The notes beneath the pieces were generated by a model. That model was not told the origin of the DNA and searched no databases. It worked only from the letters and a program-made list of their open reading frames with translations. From assembly GCA_035603395.1 (NCBI GenBank), contig DATNKM010000063.1, positions 3,065-67,064 of the forward strand: 64,000 nucleotides of DNA, in the 5' to 3' direction. The translations under genes were made by a program, and so were the position numbers. Each line of letters starts with the position of its first letter. Within the stretch, counting starts at the first letter, position 1. Positions 26,780 through 35,759 of this stretch are shown here, piece after piece. Source of the stretch: Candidatus Acidiferrales bacterium (GTDB lineage: Bacteria > Acidobacteriota > Terriglobia > Acidiferrales > UBA7541).

Positions 26780-27793
26780 TTGAATCAGGAAGCCCAATTG
26801 ATCGAAAGGATTGCGAAGGCCGTGCCGTCTGTTCGAGGCACGCGCGGCGGTGCCAAAGCTCGGAGAGGATTGCGGCTTGGCATCGGCGACGATGCCGCCC
26901 TTCTCGCAGCCGGCAGACGCGACGAGTGGGTCTTGAGCTCGGACGCACTGGTGGACGGGATCCATTTCCGTGTCGACAGCGATCCGCCGGATTCGGCGGG
27001 GTACAAGGCGCTGGCCCGGGCCACGAGCGATCTGGCGGCCATGGGTGCCGAGGCCCGGTTTTTCCTGCTGACACTGGCGCTGCCGGCTGACCGCACCGGC
27101 GCGTGGCTCGACGCGTTCTTGCGCGGGATGAGCCGGGCGGCGCGGGAGCTTGGCATGCGGTTGGCCGGCGGGGATACCACTCGGAGCGACCAGGTCTCGA
27201 TCAGCATTACGGTGATTGGCGAGATCGGCCGGGGGCTCGCCGTAAAGCGATCGGGAGCTCGGCCCGGCGACCGGATCTATGTCAGCGGGCGGCTGGGACG
27301 AGCGGCGCTGGGGCTTGCGCTAATGGAAGCGCGCGGGCGCGCTGCCAAGTTACCCGCGCCGCTGCTCAAGCCACATCTTTACCCGGCGATTCGGATCGAG
27401 CTGGGCGGCTGGCTCGCGCGACATCGCCTGGCTTCGGCAATGATGGATATTTCCGACGGGCTTTCGACCGATCTGGCGCGTCTCTGCGGGGCGAGCGGGG
27501 TCGGCGCGCAGCTGGCCGCCGAGCGGATTCCGTGCGTCAGAATTCCCGCTGCGGCCACGCGAGTGCTGCGCGGCAAGCCGCTCGACCCGCTGCGCATGGC
27601 GCTTCACGGCGGCGAAGATTACGAACTGCTATTCACGGTGCCTCCTGGGAAAGTGAAGCGGCTCCGAAGAGCGCCGGGGTTCGCGCAGCTTGCGGCCATC
27701 GGCGAAGTCCAACGCGGAACGCGAATTACGATTGTCGACGGGGAAGGCAATCGCCAAGAGCTCGAGCCGCACGGCTGGGATCCGTTTTCCTAG
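26780..27793 (+). CDS. thiL: Thiamine-monophosphate kinase
   Basis: IGDDAALL...DALVDGIHF...GYKALARATSDLAAMGA...GGDTTRS are the ThiL/AIR-synthase-related motifs. I prefer the TTG start at 26780, after GGAAGGA, giving 337 aa. The track ORF start at 26642 looks over-extended. Confidence 0.85.
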   Translation: MNQEAQLIERIAKAVPSVRGTRGGAKARRGLRLGIGDDAALLAAGRRDEWVLSSDALVDGIHFRVDSDPPDSAGYKALARATSDLAAMGAEARFFLLTLALPADRTGAWLDAFLRGMSRAARELGMRLAGGDTTRSDQVSISITVIGEIGRGLAVKRSGARPGDRIYVSGRLGRAALGLALMEARGRAAKLPAPLLKPHLYPAIRIELGGWLARHRLASAMMDISDGLSTDLARLCGASGVGAQLAAERIPCVRIPAAATRVLRGKPLDPLRMALHGGEDYELLFTVPPGKVKRLRRAPGFAQLAAIGEVQRGTRITIVDGEGNRQELEPHGWDPFS

Positions 27794-27819
27794 CCGCGGC
27801 ATCCTGCCGGCGCTACACA

Positions 27820-30117
27820 CTACTGCTGGGGTCTTGCCGGCGGCGGTGCTGCCGGAGCGGGAGCGGCTGAAGGTGCCAAGCCCTGCTCGGCGGCGTCAGC
27901 GGGAGGCGCGGTGTCCGGCGTATCGACCTGCACGGGATGCTCGCCGGCCTGTTTTTCGAGCGGAACGACATTTTGAAATGGCTCGACCGGCATGCCCTGC
28001 ATGGCCTGCTGCATGAATTCGATCCAGATCGGCAGCGCCGCGCGGGCCCCGGTTTCCTTCTTGCCCAGCGAAACGTGCGCGTCGTTGCCCACCCACACGC
28101 CGCAGGTAATCTGCGGAGTGAAGCCAATGTACCAGGCGTCGGTGAAGTCGTTGGTCGTGCCTGTCTTGCCGCCCGACGGCCGCCCGATTTCCTTCGCGCG
28201 CACGCCAGTGCCGAACTGCACCACTTCCTCGAGCATCGCCACCATCGTGCGCGCCACTTCGGGCGGAATCACGTCCGTCACGTTCGGGCGCTGATCTTCC
28301 ATCACGACCCCGTCATAGGACGTGACGCGGCGCAGATAGTGCGGCTCGATGTGAATGCCGTCGTCCGGGAAAACCGTGAACCCGGATGTGTGTTCGAGCA
28401 GCGTCAGGTCCGCGGCGCCGAGCGCGAGCGGTAAGACCGGGGGCAGCGGGCTCTGCAGTCCGAATTTCCGCGCCAGCCCGATGGTATTCTCGATGCCGAC
28501 TTTGTCGAGCAGGCGCACTGCCGGCACGTTGCGTGAATCGGCTAGCGCGCGGCGCAGCGTGATGCGCCCTTCGAATTTTTCGTCGTAGTTGTGAGGCGAA
28601 TAATCCTGGCTGCCGGTGTGGAACGTAACCGGCTCGTCGAGCACCGTGTCAAACGGCGAGGCGCCCTGCGCCAAAGCTTCGGCGTACACGTACACCTTGA
28701 AAGAGCTGCCGGTTTGCCGCATGGCCTGCGTGGCGCGGTCGAATTTCGAATCCTCGAAATCGTAGCCTCCGACGAGAGCTTTGATTCCCCCGGTGGCGTT
28801 GTCGATGGCGACGAGTCCCGCCTGCGCGATGGGTACTTGCTCAAGCTCGACCTCGGCCGCGGTCCCGTTGAGCTCCTTGATCTGCACGGTGACCAGATCG
28901 CCGGTTTGCAAAATCTCGGCGGCGGCTTTGTGTCCCGTCCAGGCGAAATCCTGTGGCGTCAGCAGCGCCCGGTATGGACCGATTTTGATGTAGGCGAACG
29001 TCGGCTGCACGGACGTCACCAGCCCCGTGACGTAATCGGCTTTCTGAATGGGCGCCTTCCAGTCGTCGTTTTGGTAACTGTCCAGCGTGCCCAGATGGTC
29101 GCGAAGAATATTCGGGAGATTTCCGCGCCACCCATGGCGCTGATCGTAAGCGTGCAGCCCGTCGCGCACGGCTCGGTCGGCAGCCTTCTGCATGTCCACG
29201 TTGAGTGTGGTGTACGCCCGCAGCCCCTGTTCGTGAACGGCGGCGGTGCCGTAAGTGTGCTCGAGATACTGACGAATTTCTTCCACGAAATAGGGCGCCA
29301 GATCGTTCCGCAGCGATTCCACGTGCAGGCCGAGCGGGAGCTTTTCGGCGGCGTCCGCGGCGGTTTGCGATACCTTCCCGTCGTGCGCCATCAGCGAGAG
29401 CACCAGATTGCGGCGGTTGCGTGCGCGGTCGGGATGAATGATGGGCGAATAGACCGGGCCACGAATGATCGCAGCCAGTGTGGCAGCTTCGGCCAGCGTC
29501 AACTGGCCGACGGGCTTGCTGAAATAATATTCCGAGGCGGCCTCGAATCCGTAGTTGCCGGAGCCGAGATAGATCTGATTGCAGTACATCGTGAAAATCT
29601 GTTCTTTGGTGTAGTGCCGCTCGATTTGGAGCGCGAGCATCGTTTCCTGAAGCTTGCGGTGCATGCTGCGGTCGCTGCGATTCAGGAACAGGCCGCCGGC
29701 CAGCTGCATGGTCAGCGTGCTGGCGCCTTCGGCCACGCGGTGGCTCACGATATCGCGCCAGGCTGCTTCCAGCACGCGCGGGAAATCCACGCCCCAGTGC
29801 TGCTCGAAATGCTGGTCTTCGGTGGTGATGATTGCGTCGCGCAGCACGGGCGGAATCTGATTGTAGGTGACCAGGATGCGGCGCTGCAGCGCGAACGTGC
29901 CGACGGATTGTCCGTCGTCGGCGTACAGCTCCGTGACGATCACCGGGCGATAGTTTTCCAGCGCGTGGATTTCCGGCAGGTCGCTTGAATAGACGAACAG
30001 CAGGCCGACCGCCGCGCCGAATGCGACCGCACAGCACAGCAGGAACGCAAACGCCAGGCGGCCCAGCGTGGTGCCGCCCCCAATCTTCATCGTTGCGCGA
30101 TAAAATCTTTCATCCAC
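27820..30117 (-). CDS. mrcA: Penicillin-binding protein 1A (bifunctional transglycosylase/transpeptidase)
   Basis: GT51 motifs (ITTEDQHFEQHWGVDF, GASTLTMQLA), the transpeptidase SxxK (GSSFKVYVY) and KTGTTN, and an N-terminal TM anchor. Confidence 0.9.
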   Translation of the reverse strand: MDERFYRATMKIGGGTTLGRLAFAFLLCCAVAFGAAVGLLFVYSSDLPEIHALENYRPVIVTELYADDGQSVGTFALQRRILVTYNQIPPVLRDAIITTEDQHFEQHWGVDFPRVLEAAWRDIVSHRVAEGASTLTMQLAGGLFLNRSDRSMHRKLQETMLALQIERHYTKEQIFTMYCNQIYLGSGNYGFEAASEYYFSKPVGQLTLAEAATLAAIIRGPVYSPIIHPDRARNRRNLVLSLMAHDGKVSQTAADAAEKLPLGLHVESLRNDLAPYFVEEIRQYLEHTYGTAAVHEQGLRAYTTLNVDMQKAADRAVRDGLHAYDQRHGWRGNLPNILRDHLGTLDSYQNDDWKAPIQKADYVTGLVTSVQPTFAYIKIGPYRALLTPQDFAWTGHKAAAEILQTGDLVTVQIKELNGTAAEVELEQVPIAQAGLVAIDNATGGIKALVGGYDFEDSKFDRATQAMRQTGSSFKVYVYAEALAQGASPFDTVLDEPVTFHTGSQDYSPHNYDEKFEGRITLRRALADSRNVPAVRLLDKVGIENTIGLARKFGLQSPLPPVLPLALGAADLTLLEHTSGFTVFPDDGIHIEPHYLRRVTSYDGVVMEDQRPNVTDVIPPEVARTMVAMLEEVVQFGTGVRAKEIGRPSGGKTGTTNDFTDAWYIGFTPQITCGVWVGNDAHVSLGKKETGARAALPIWIEFMQQAMQGMPVEPFQNVVPLEKQAGEHPVQVDTPDTAPPADAAEQGLAPSAAPAPAAPPPARPQQ

Positions 30118-30216
30118 CGTGTTGCCATTCTATCGCAGCGGAGAGGCATGCGCGGGGAGGGGAGTTTGTGGCGTGTATCCAGAAATGCGACGCGCGTGCG
30201 ACGTGCCCGGCCGGCA

Positions 30217-30993
30217 TCAGTGGCGGAGAATCGTCGAGACGTGTCCGGAGTTGTCGATTGGATTGCGGTTGTTTTCCTCGCAGATGTATTCAAGCTGATC
30301 GAGATCGCGGTGCCGCGTGTAGCTGCGCACCACGTGCCAGGGCTTTGCCAGAACATCGGGATCGGTCAGCGTCATCTGGTCTTGCATTTTGTCAGGTGTG
30401 GTCAGGCGGATGCGCTCGACCACGTGCAGGTTCGGGCCGTGGTTCAGGCGATTGAACCCGAGCGGAAGCTTGTGACCCAGGCCCACGGTGTCGATCACGA
30501 GCGTGTCGCCCTCCCAGTGGCCGATGGAATTGCCGTTGAACGTGGGATCGACGTCGGCCGGATGGCCGCGGCCGTCGGTGAAGACGCGTCGCACCTGCAT
30601 GTAGGCTTCCTGGATGATCGTCACGCGGCCGGGCGTGAACAGAAATTCGACGTCATACGGCTGCGACATGATTGTGGGCATGCCCGGCGGAACGCAGTTC
30701 GCGCTTTCCGTGGGAGGCTCTTCATTTTTCGCTTCTTCGTCCGTCAGTGTTTTCAATTCCGCGGCGGCTGCGGGTGTGAGCGACGGTTGTTCCGGCGTCA
30801 CACCGGGCGGGGGACCGAAATCATAGGTCCAAATGCCGGACCAATCGGGCAATGACTTCAGCGATTCGACGTTCGCGTAACGAGCGACCTTCCCGTCGCC
30901 TGACGGGTTTGGCGACGCGCTTTGTCCCGGGCAATCGGCGCTAAGACAAACGAACGCCGTGAACGCAAGAATCGATCCGGCGAAGAATTTCAT
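30217..30993 (-). CDS. Secreted hypothetical protein
   Basis: The ATG at 30993 follows GAGGG. Signal peptide MKFFAGSILAFTAFVCLSADCPG. I do not recognise a family. Confidence 0.6.
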   Translation of the reverse strand: MKFFAGSILAFTAFVCLSADCPGQSASPNPSGDGKVARYANVESLKSLPDWSGIWTYDFGPPPGVTPEQPSLTPAAAAELKTLTDEEAKNEEPPTESANCVPPGMPTIMSQPYDVEFLFTPGRVTIIQEAYMQVRRVFTDGRGHPADVDPTFNGNSIGHWEGDTLVIDTVGLGHKLPLGFNRLNHGPNLHVVERIRLTTPDKMQDQMTLTDPDVLAKPWHVVRSYTRHRDLDQLEYICEENNRNPIDNSGHVSTILRH

Positions 30994-31195
30994 GCTACCC
31001 TCATTTCGAAACGGAGCGCCCTCGAAAATACGAGGAAGTCCTCTGACGCGCACCCGTCCAGCCTTCGGCATGAAAACAAATTCTTAAATTCCGGCGGGCA
31101 TTATAGTACTTTATGCAAGCAGCGTGTGCGGCGCCGCGCGGGAGACCTGCATTCGCGCCGCGGTCGTGGATTTGGAAATGGTTTGGGGGTGGGCC

Positions 31196-31594
31196 ATGAG
31201 AAAACTTCAACTCGCGTGCCTCTCCGCGCTGATCGGCCTGATGGCTGGCTCCGCGCTTGCCCACCATTCGTTCGCCATGTTCGACCGCAACAAGGAAACC
31301 ACCATCGCGGGCACGGTCGAGGATTTTCAGTGGACGAATCCGCACAGCTGGATCGAGCTGGACGTGCCGAATGAAAACGGCGGCGTCGACAAATGGAGCA
31401 TCGAGCTGAACAGCCCCAACAACCTCGCGCGGCAGGGATGGCATTCCAACAGCGTCAAGCCGGGCGACAAAATTTCCGTGATCATCTGGCCGCTGCGCAG
31501 CGGAGAAAAGGGCGGCCTGTTCATTTCGCTCACGCTTCCAAACGGCCAAGTCCTCGACGAACTAGCCTTCCGCAACCGCAAGCAACAGCAGTAG
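31196..31594 (+). CDS. DUF6152-family secreted protein
   Basis: MRKLQLACLSALIGLMAGSALAHHSFAMFDRNKETTIAGTVEDFQWTNPHSWIEL. A signal peptide followed by AHHSF...W.NPH fits my recollection of DUF6152. Confidence 0.6.
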   Translation: MRKLQLACLSALIGLMAGSALAHHSFAMFDRNKETTIAGTVEDFQWTNPHSWIELDVPNENGGVDKWSIELNSPNNLARQGWHSNSVKPGDKISVIIWPLRSGEKGGLFISLTLPNGQVLDELAFRNRKQQQ

Positions 31595-31682
31595 GTTTCG
31601 CGCGCCCTCCAAGCAATCCCGCCGATCCGGAGCGCTCGCGCGCCCGGGCGATTGCCGCTCTTCCTGCAAAAATGGCGACGAC

Positions 31683-32129
31683 TTATTGGTTGGCTGCGGC
31701 CTTTGTGGGAGTGCAAAACTCGTCGAAGGCGCGGGTTAGGACGGCGGCGATCGTGAACGGATCGCTGCTTTCGATGTCGCGGCGCTCCATCATGAAAGCC
31801 AGCTTGCCGTCGCGCATGAGCGCGATGGAGGGAGACGACGGAGGATAAGGCAGGAAATATTTCCGCGCCTGCGCCGTTGCTTCAGGATCCTGTCCGGCGA
31901 AGACCGTAGCGAGCACTTCGGGACGATTCTTGTTCGCGATAGCGCGAGCGATAGCTGGGCGTGCCTTGCCCGCAGCGCATCCGCAGACCGAGTTCACGAC
32001 GACCAGCACGGTGCGTTTTTCTTCCTTCAGCGCGCCATCCACGTCGTCGGGCGTCCGAAGCTCCTGGAAGCCAACCCGCGTGAGTTCGTCGCGCATGCCC
32101 TGCACCATAATGTCTGGAAACATCGTCAC
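31683..32129 (-). CDS. BrxA/BrxB-type bacilliredoxin (YphP/YqiW, DUF1094)
   Basis: VLVVVNSVCGCAAGKARPA carries the CGC redox motif. 148 aa. Confidence 0.75.
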   Translation of the reverse strand: MTMFPDIMVQGMRDELTRVGFQELRTPDDVDGALKEEKRTVLVVVNSVCGCAAGKARPAIARAIANKNRPEVLATVFAGQDPEATAQARKYFLPYPPSSPSIALMRDGKLAFMMERRDIESSDPFTIAAVLTRAFDEFCTPTKAAANQ

Positions 32130-32220
32130 TCCTTTGTCGCGGGCCCGTTGGGCCCGATTCCTACCTGATGAGGACTATATCACCTCCTTCAGATCTGATG
32201 CACCAACAGACGGCCCCGCT

Positions 32221-32592
32221 TCACTGGTTGATCATGAAAGTCGACATCTGGTCGAAGAACGCACGGAGGTGTTGCTCGGCTTCCGTCGGCAGCGCGGCTT
32301 CGGCGAACGCGTTGTTCATCAGCCGCATCCAGTTATCGCGCGCCGCCCGATCAATCTGAAACGGCATATGACGCGCGCGCAGCCGCGGGTGGCCGCGCTC
32401 CTCGACGTACCGTTGCGGCCCTCCGAACCGATAGATCAGGAAATCGCGCAGCCGCTTCTCCGCCGCCCCAAGCTCGTCTGGCGGATACATTTTCCCCAGA
32501 ATCGCGTCATCCGGCACTTGCCGGTAGAAGGCTGCCACCAGACGGATGAAACCGTCCTCGCCGATCATTGAATAGATTGCAGTCTCGTCCAT
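32221..32592 (-). CDS. Group II truncated haemoglobin (GlbO/YjbI-like)
   Basis: IYSMIGEDGFIRLVAAFYRQV...RDFLIYRFGGPQRYVEERGHPRLRARHMPFQIDRAARDNWMRLM. 123 aa. Confidence 0.8.
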   Translation of the reverse strand: MDETAIYSMIGEDGFIRLVAAFYRQVPDDAILGKMYPPDELGAAEKRLRDFLIYRFGGPQRYVEERGHPRLRARHMPFQIDRAARDNWMRLMNNAFAEAALPTEAEQHLRAFFDQMSTFMINQ

Positions 32593-32721
32593 AAGCGTGC
32601 GGCCAGTTTACCATTGGCGCGGCCGCGGAAACTTGACCGGCCTGTGCGCCGGGCATAAGCTTTATAGACGCGGCGAGCTTCGTCCCACGCACGCGTGCGG
32701 GACATTTTCCAGGAGATCGAC

Positions 32722-33297
32722 ATGAAAAAATTGCGGCGGGCGGAGTTTCTGAGCTATTTTCTGGCGGGGGTATTCGCTGTGACGATGGTCGCAAGCGCCT
32801 ATGCGGCGCCGAAAAGCATTTATGATTTCACGCTCCCGTTGCTGAACGGCAAGGACGCGCCGCTGGCCGACTACAAAGGCAAAGTGGTGCTGGTGGTCAA
32901 CGTCGCCAGCCGCTGCGGCTTCACGCCGCAATATTCGGCGCTGGAATCGATCTACGAAAAGTACAAGGACCAGGGCTTCGTGATCATCGGCTTCCCAGCG
33001 AACAATTTTGCGGGGCAGGAACCGGGCACGAACGAAGAGATTGCGAAATTCTGCACCGGAAAGTACAACGTGACGTTTCCGGTGTACGGGAAAATTTCCG
33101 TGAAGGGTGATGATCAGGCTCCGCTGTACAGCTTCCTCACGAAAGACGCGAATCCTACGCTTGCTGGCGACATCAAGTGGAATTTCACGAAGTTCCTTGT
33201 CGATCGCGACGGCAATGTGGTGCAGCGGTTTGAACCGCCGGTGACGCCCGATTCGCCCGAAGTGGTTTCGGCCATCGAGGCGCAGCTTAAGAAGTAA
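32722..33297 (+). CDS. Glutathione peroxidase (Cys-type), with signal peptide
   Basis: GKVVLVVNVASRCGFTPQY...GFPANNFAGQEPG...WNFTKFLVDRDGNVV. AGGAGA precedes the ATG at 32722. Confidence 0.9.
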   Translation: MKKLRRAEFLSYFLAGVFAVTMVASAYAAPKSIYDFTLPLLNGKDAPLADYKGKVVLVVNVASRCGFTPQYSALESIYEKYKDQGFVIIGFPANNFAGQEPGTNEEIAKFCTGKYNVTFPVYGKISVKGDDQAPLYSFLTKDANPTLAGDIKWNFTKFLVDRDGNVVQRFEPPVTPDSPEVVSAIEAQLKK

Positions 33298-33327
33298 CAG
33301 TTCGGATTTACGGAATAAGTGGTTCCC

Positions 33328-33376
33328 GGGACCCTCGCGGGGTGTGTCGCTTCGCGAGGGTCCCTTTCTTTTGTTT
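33328..33376 (+). terminator. Rho-independent terminator after the glutathione peroxidase gene
   Basis: GGGACCCTCGCG - 13-nt loop - CGCGAGGGTCCC (a perfect 12-bp stem), followed by TTTCTTTTGTTT. Confidence 0.85.
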
Positions 33377-33632
33377 GCAGTGATTTGGATCCTGAATTAC
33401 TTTGCATGTTGTGTCACTTTGTTGGGCCGACTCGGCGCGAGGAGAGCCACGGCTGAAGGCGTTTAACCCGGAGCGTGTTTCGGCACAGCGATCCGTCATT
33501 ATGTCGGCAATACGGCTGTGGTTATCTCGACCCCGGTGGTGTAGCATCACCGACATATCCGGCATTTTTGAATCTCGGTGACGGAGGTCATGAGACGCAC
33601 GCCCGAAAGCGGGCGTCGGGTCGAACCCTACG

Positions 33633-34064
33633 ATGAAGCTCTCAGGCGTGTTGTCTGCCGCTTTCGCCATTTCCTTAGTCGCGCCTTCGCTCTTTGCCGA
33701 TACCACCGTCAGCTACAAATACGACATTAAACCCGGCGCGGGCGCACCGGCGCGGATGGTCGGCCCCGCCCTGGAAGCCGCCAAGTCCAAGATACCCACC
33801 CGCACGGTCATACAGATCAAAGGCAAGCTGGCACGGGCGACAGGTTCGCCATTCGTGACCGTGTCGGATTTCGATAAGCAAGTCATTACGGTGATCGATC
33901 CCGCGCACAATCAATTCGCGACGGTTTATATGAAGGACTATCAGGATCAGGTGTTGTCGCTGTGCAAGGTTCCATGCCGGCGATGCCGGCGGATGCGCGG
34001 AAAATCATGGACTCGATGCAGTCGAGCTTTTCCTCGCAGAACACCGGAAAGACCGACACGGTGA
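33633..34064 (+). CDS. Secreted protein, fragment 1 of 2 of an apparently frameshifted gene
   Basis: Signal peptide MKLSGVLSAAFAISLVAPSLFA and a plausible sequence up to ...FATVYMKDYQDQVLS (near 33960). After that comes a Cys/Arg-rich tail (CKVPCRRCRRMRGKSWTRCSRAF...) typical of an out-of-frame read. Confidence 0.5.
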   Translation: MKLSGVLSAAFAISLVAPSLFADTTVSYKYDIKPGAGAPARMVGPALEAAKSKIPTRTVIQIKGKLARATGSPFVTVSDFDKQVITVIDPAHNQFATVYMKDYQDQVLSLCKVPCRRCRRMRGKSWTRCSRAFPRRTPERPTR

Positions 34065-34702
34065 TGGGCATCCAAGTCGAAGAAACGGAGATGACGCTCG
34101 CGGTGACGATGCCGGCGAAGCCGGGCGCCGCTCCATCAACCGACGCGATGCCTGCCGCCGAACCGCAGGTGCTCCTCCAGATGGTGATCCATATGTGGAC
34201 GGCCCTGCCGTCTGAGGTGGAACGCGTGCCAGCCCTCAAGGAATTCAGCACAGTTTATGGCGATCCCAGCGCAAACCAGGTGATGAACCCGACCGGTTCA
34301 ATGGGGAAAATACTTGGTTCCTTGCCGGGGATGGGTAAAGGCTTTGCATCGATGATAGAGGCAATGCAGGAGAAGAAGGCCATCATCCTGAAGACCCAGT
34401 TCGAGATGTTCATGCCCATGGCGCAAGCGATGTTGGCGGCGCAGGCCCGGGCAAAAGGAACCGATCAAGCGGAGACTCCGGACGCCACAGCGCCTTTCAT
34501 GGAAATGACGATGGAGCTGGAGAATATTTCGGCAGCGCCGATCGATGATTCGGTGTTCGCGGTGCCGCGGGATTATCGGCTTGTGAGCGTGCCGGAACTT
34601 CTGAAGTCACTCATGCCCGCGCCGCAAGCCGCGGAAGCTACGGATTCGGCGACACCCTCTGCTCCCGTTGCTGCGAAAGCCGAGGCAACGCCACAGAACT
34701 AG
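33962..34702 (+). CDS. Met-rich protein, fragment 2 of 2 of the same apparently frameshifted gene
   Basis: This frame is open from 33878. It reads QGSMPAMPADARKIMDSMQSSF...GSMGKILGSLPGMGKGFASMIEAMQ...FEMFMPMAQAMLAAQ...FMEMTMELE, with no signal peptide of its own. Confidence 0.5.
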   Translation: MQGSMPAMPADARKIMDSMQSSFSSQNTGKTDTVMGIQVEETEMTLAVTMPAKPGAAPSTDAMPAAEPQVLLQMVIHMWTALPSEVERVPALKEFSTVYGDPSANQVMNPTGSMGKILGSLPGMGKGFASMIEAMQEKKAIILKTQFEMFMPMAQAMLAAQARAKGTDQAETPDATAPFMEMTMELENISAAPIDDSVFAVPRDYRLVSVPELLKSLMPAPQAAEATDSATPSAPVAAKAEATPQN

Positions 34703-34727
34703 GATTCAAGTGTGCGCTGCTCGCGCG

Positions 34728-35738
34728 TTACTGAATGCCAAGCAGCGCGCAGGAATTCTTGTAGTAAATCTTCTCGCGGTCTTCCTTCGAAATATCGAGC
34801 GCGTCAATCACTTTGATCGTTTCGCGGATGTACATGGGGCCGCCTTCGGGGTCGAAGGGGGCGTCGGATGCAAAGAGCACGTGGTCCACTCCATAGAAAT
34901 CGAGCGCGCAGACGAGCGCGGATTTTGAGCCGAAGGTCGCCGTGTCCACATAAAACATCTTGAAATAGTCGAGCGGGCGCTTCTTCAGCTCCTTCAGCAG
35001 CGGCTTGTAGTCGACGCTCGAGGTGCGCGCGCCGAGCTGATCCCAGCCGGCGCCGACGCGGCCCTCGAAAAACGGGACCATACCCCCAGCGTGATGGATA
35101 ATGATTTTGAGATTCGGCAGCTCGTCGAGTATTTTCGAAAATACGATTCGCGCCATCGCGGCGCTGGATTCGTAGGGCCAGCCGAACGTCCACCAAATTT
35201 CGTAGAGCGATTCCGGCTCGGCCTGATAATCCGAAAATTTCGCCGTGCGCGCGGGATGAATCCAGATCGGCTTGCCGAGCGCGTGCATTTCCTTGAACAC
35301 GGGACGAAACTCGGGCGCGTCGAGCGCTTGGCCCGCCACATTTGAATAAATCTGAATGCCGCACGCACCCAGTTCCTTTACCGCGCGGCGCGCTTCTTCC
35401 ACCGCACCCTCAGGATCGCGCATGGCGACGGAAGTAATGAAACTTGGAAAGCGCTCCGGGTATTTGTGACAGAGCTCGGCCATGCCGTCGCTGCCGATGC
35501 GCGATAGGTCGCGCCACGCGGCTTTGTCGCCCGCAGCATCCGGCGGAGGTGAGGCCAGGGAAAGAACCTGCTGGTAGCCTTCGAACATGTCCATCACTTC
35601 GAATCGCCGGTCAAGATTCGTCATCATCGGTACGGCTTCGCTGCGGCGGTGCATGTCCTTCATTTGGCCCGTGGTTTTCAGCAGCGCTTCGTGAAATTTC
35701 TTCGGCCAGATGTGCGTGAAGATGTCGAGCTTTCTCAT
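34728..35738 (-). CDS. Amidohydrolase-2 family protein (ACMSD-like metal-dependent hydrolase/decarboxylase)
   Basis: MRKLDIFTHIWPKKF..., IIIHHAGGMVPFF, FYVDTATFGS, and VLFASDAPFD near the C-terminus. 336 aa. Confidence 0.7.
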   Translation of the reverse strand: MRKLDIFTHIWPKKFHEALLKTTGQMKDMHRRSEAVPMMTNLDRRFEVMDMFEGYQQVLSLASPPPDAAGDKAAWRDLSRIGSDGMAELCHKYPERFPSFITSVAMRDPEGAVEEARRAVKELGACGIQIYSNVAGQALDAPEFRPVFKEMHALGKPIWIHPARTAKFSDYQAEPESLYEIWWTFGWPYESSAAMARIVFSKILDELPNLKIIIHHAGGMVPFFEGRVGAGWDQLGARTSSVDYKPLLKELKKRPLDYFKMFYVDTATFGSKSALVCALDFYGVDHVLFASDAPFDPEGGPMYIRETIKVIDALDISKEDREKIYYKNSCALLGIQ

Positions 35739-35759
35739 GATTTCATCCCCCCCATGAAA

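Noticed and set aside
33595-33632. tRNA-like T-arm (GGGTCGAACCC) and a hairpin ACGCCCG-AAAG-CGGGCGT just upstream of 33633
   Set aside because: The loop is 5 nt rather than 7, there is no acceptor/anticodon architecture, and the segment is too short. It is probably just a leader hairpin.
33950-33970. Programmed -1 ribosomal frameshift at the Met-rich gene junction
   Set aside because: There is no X-XXY-YYZ slippery heptamer and no obvious downstream pseudoknot. An indel or pseudogene is the simpler explanation.
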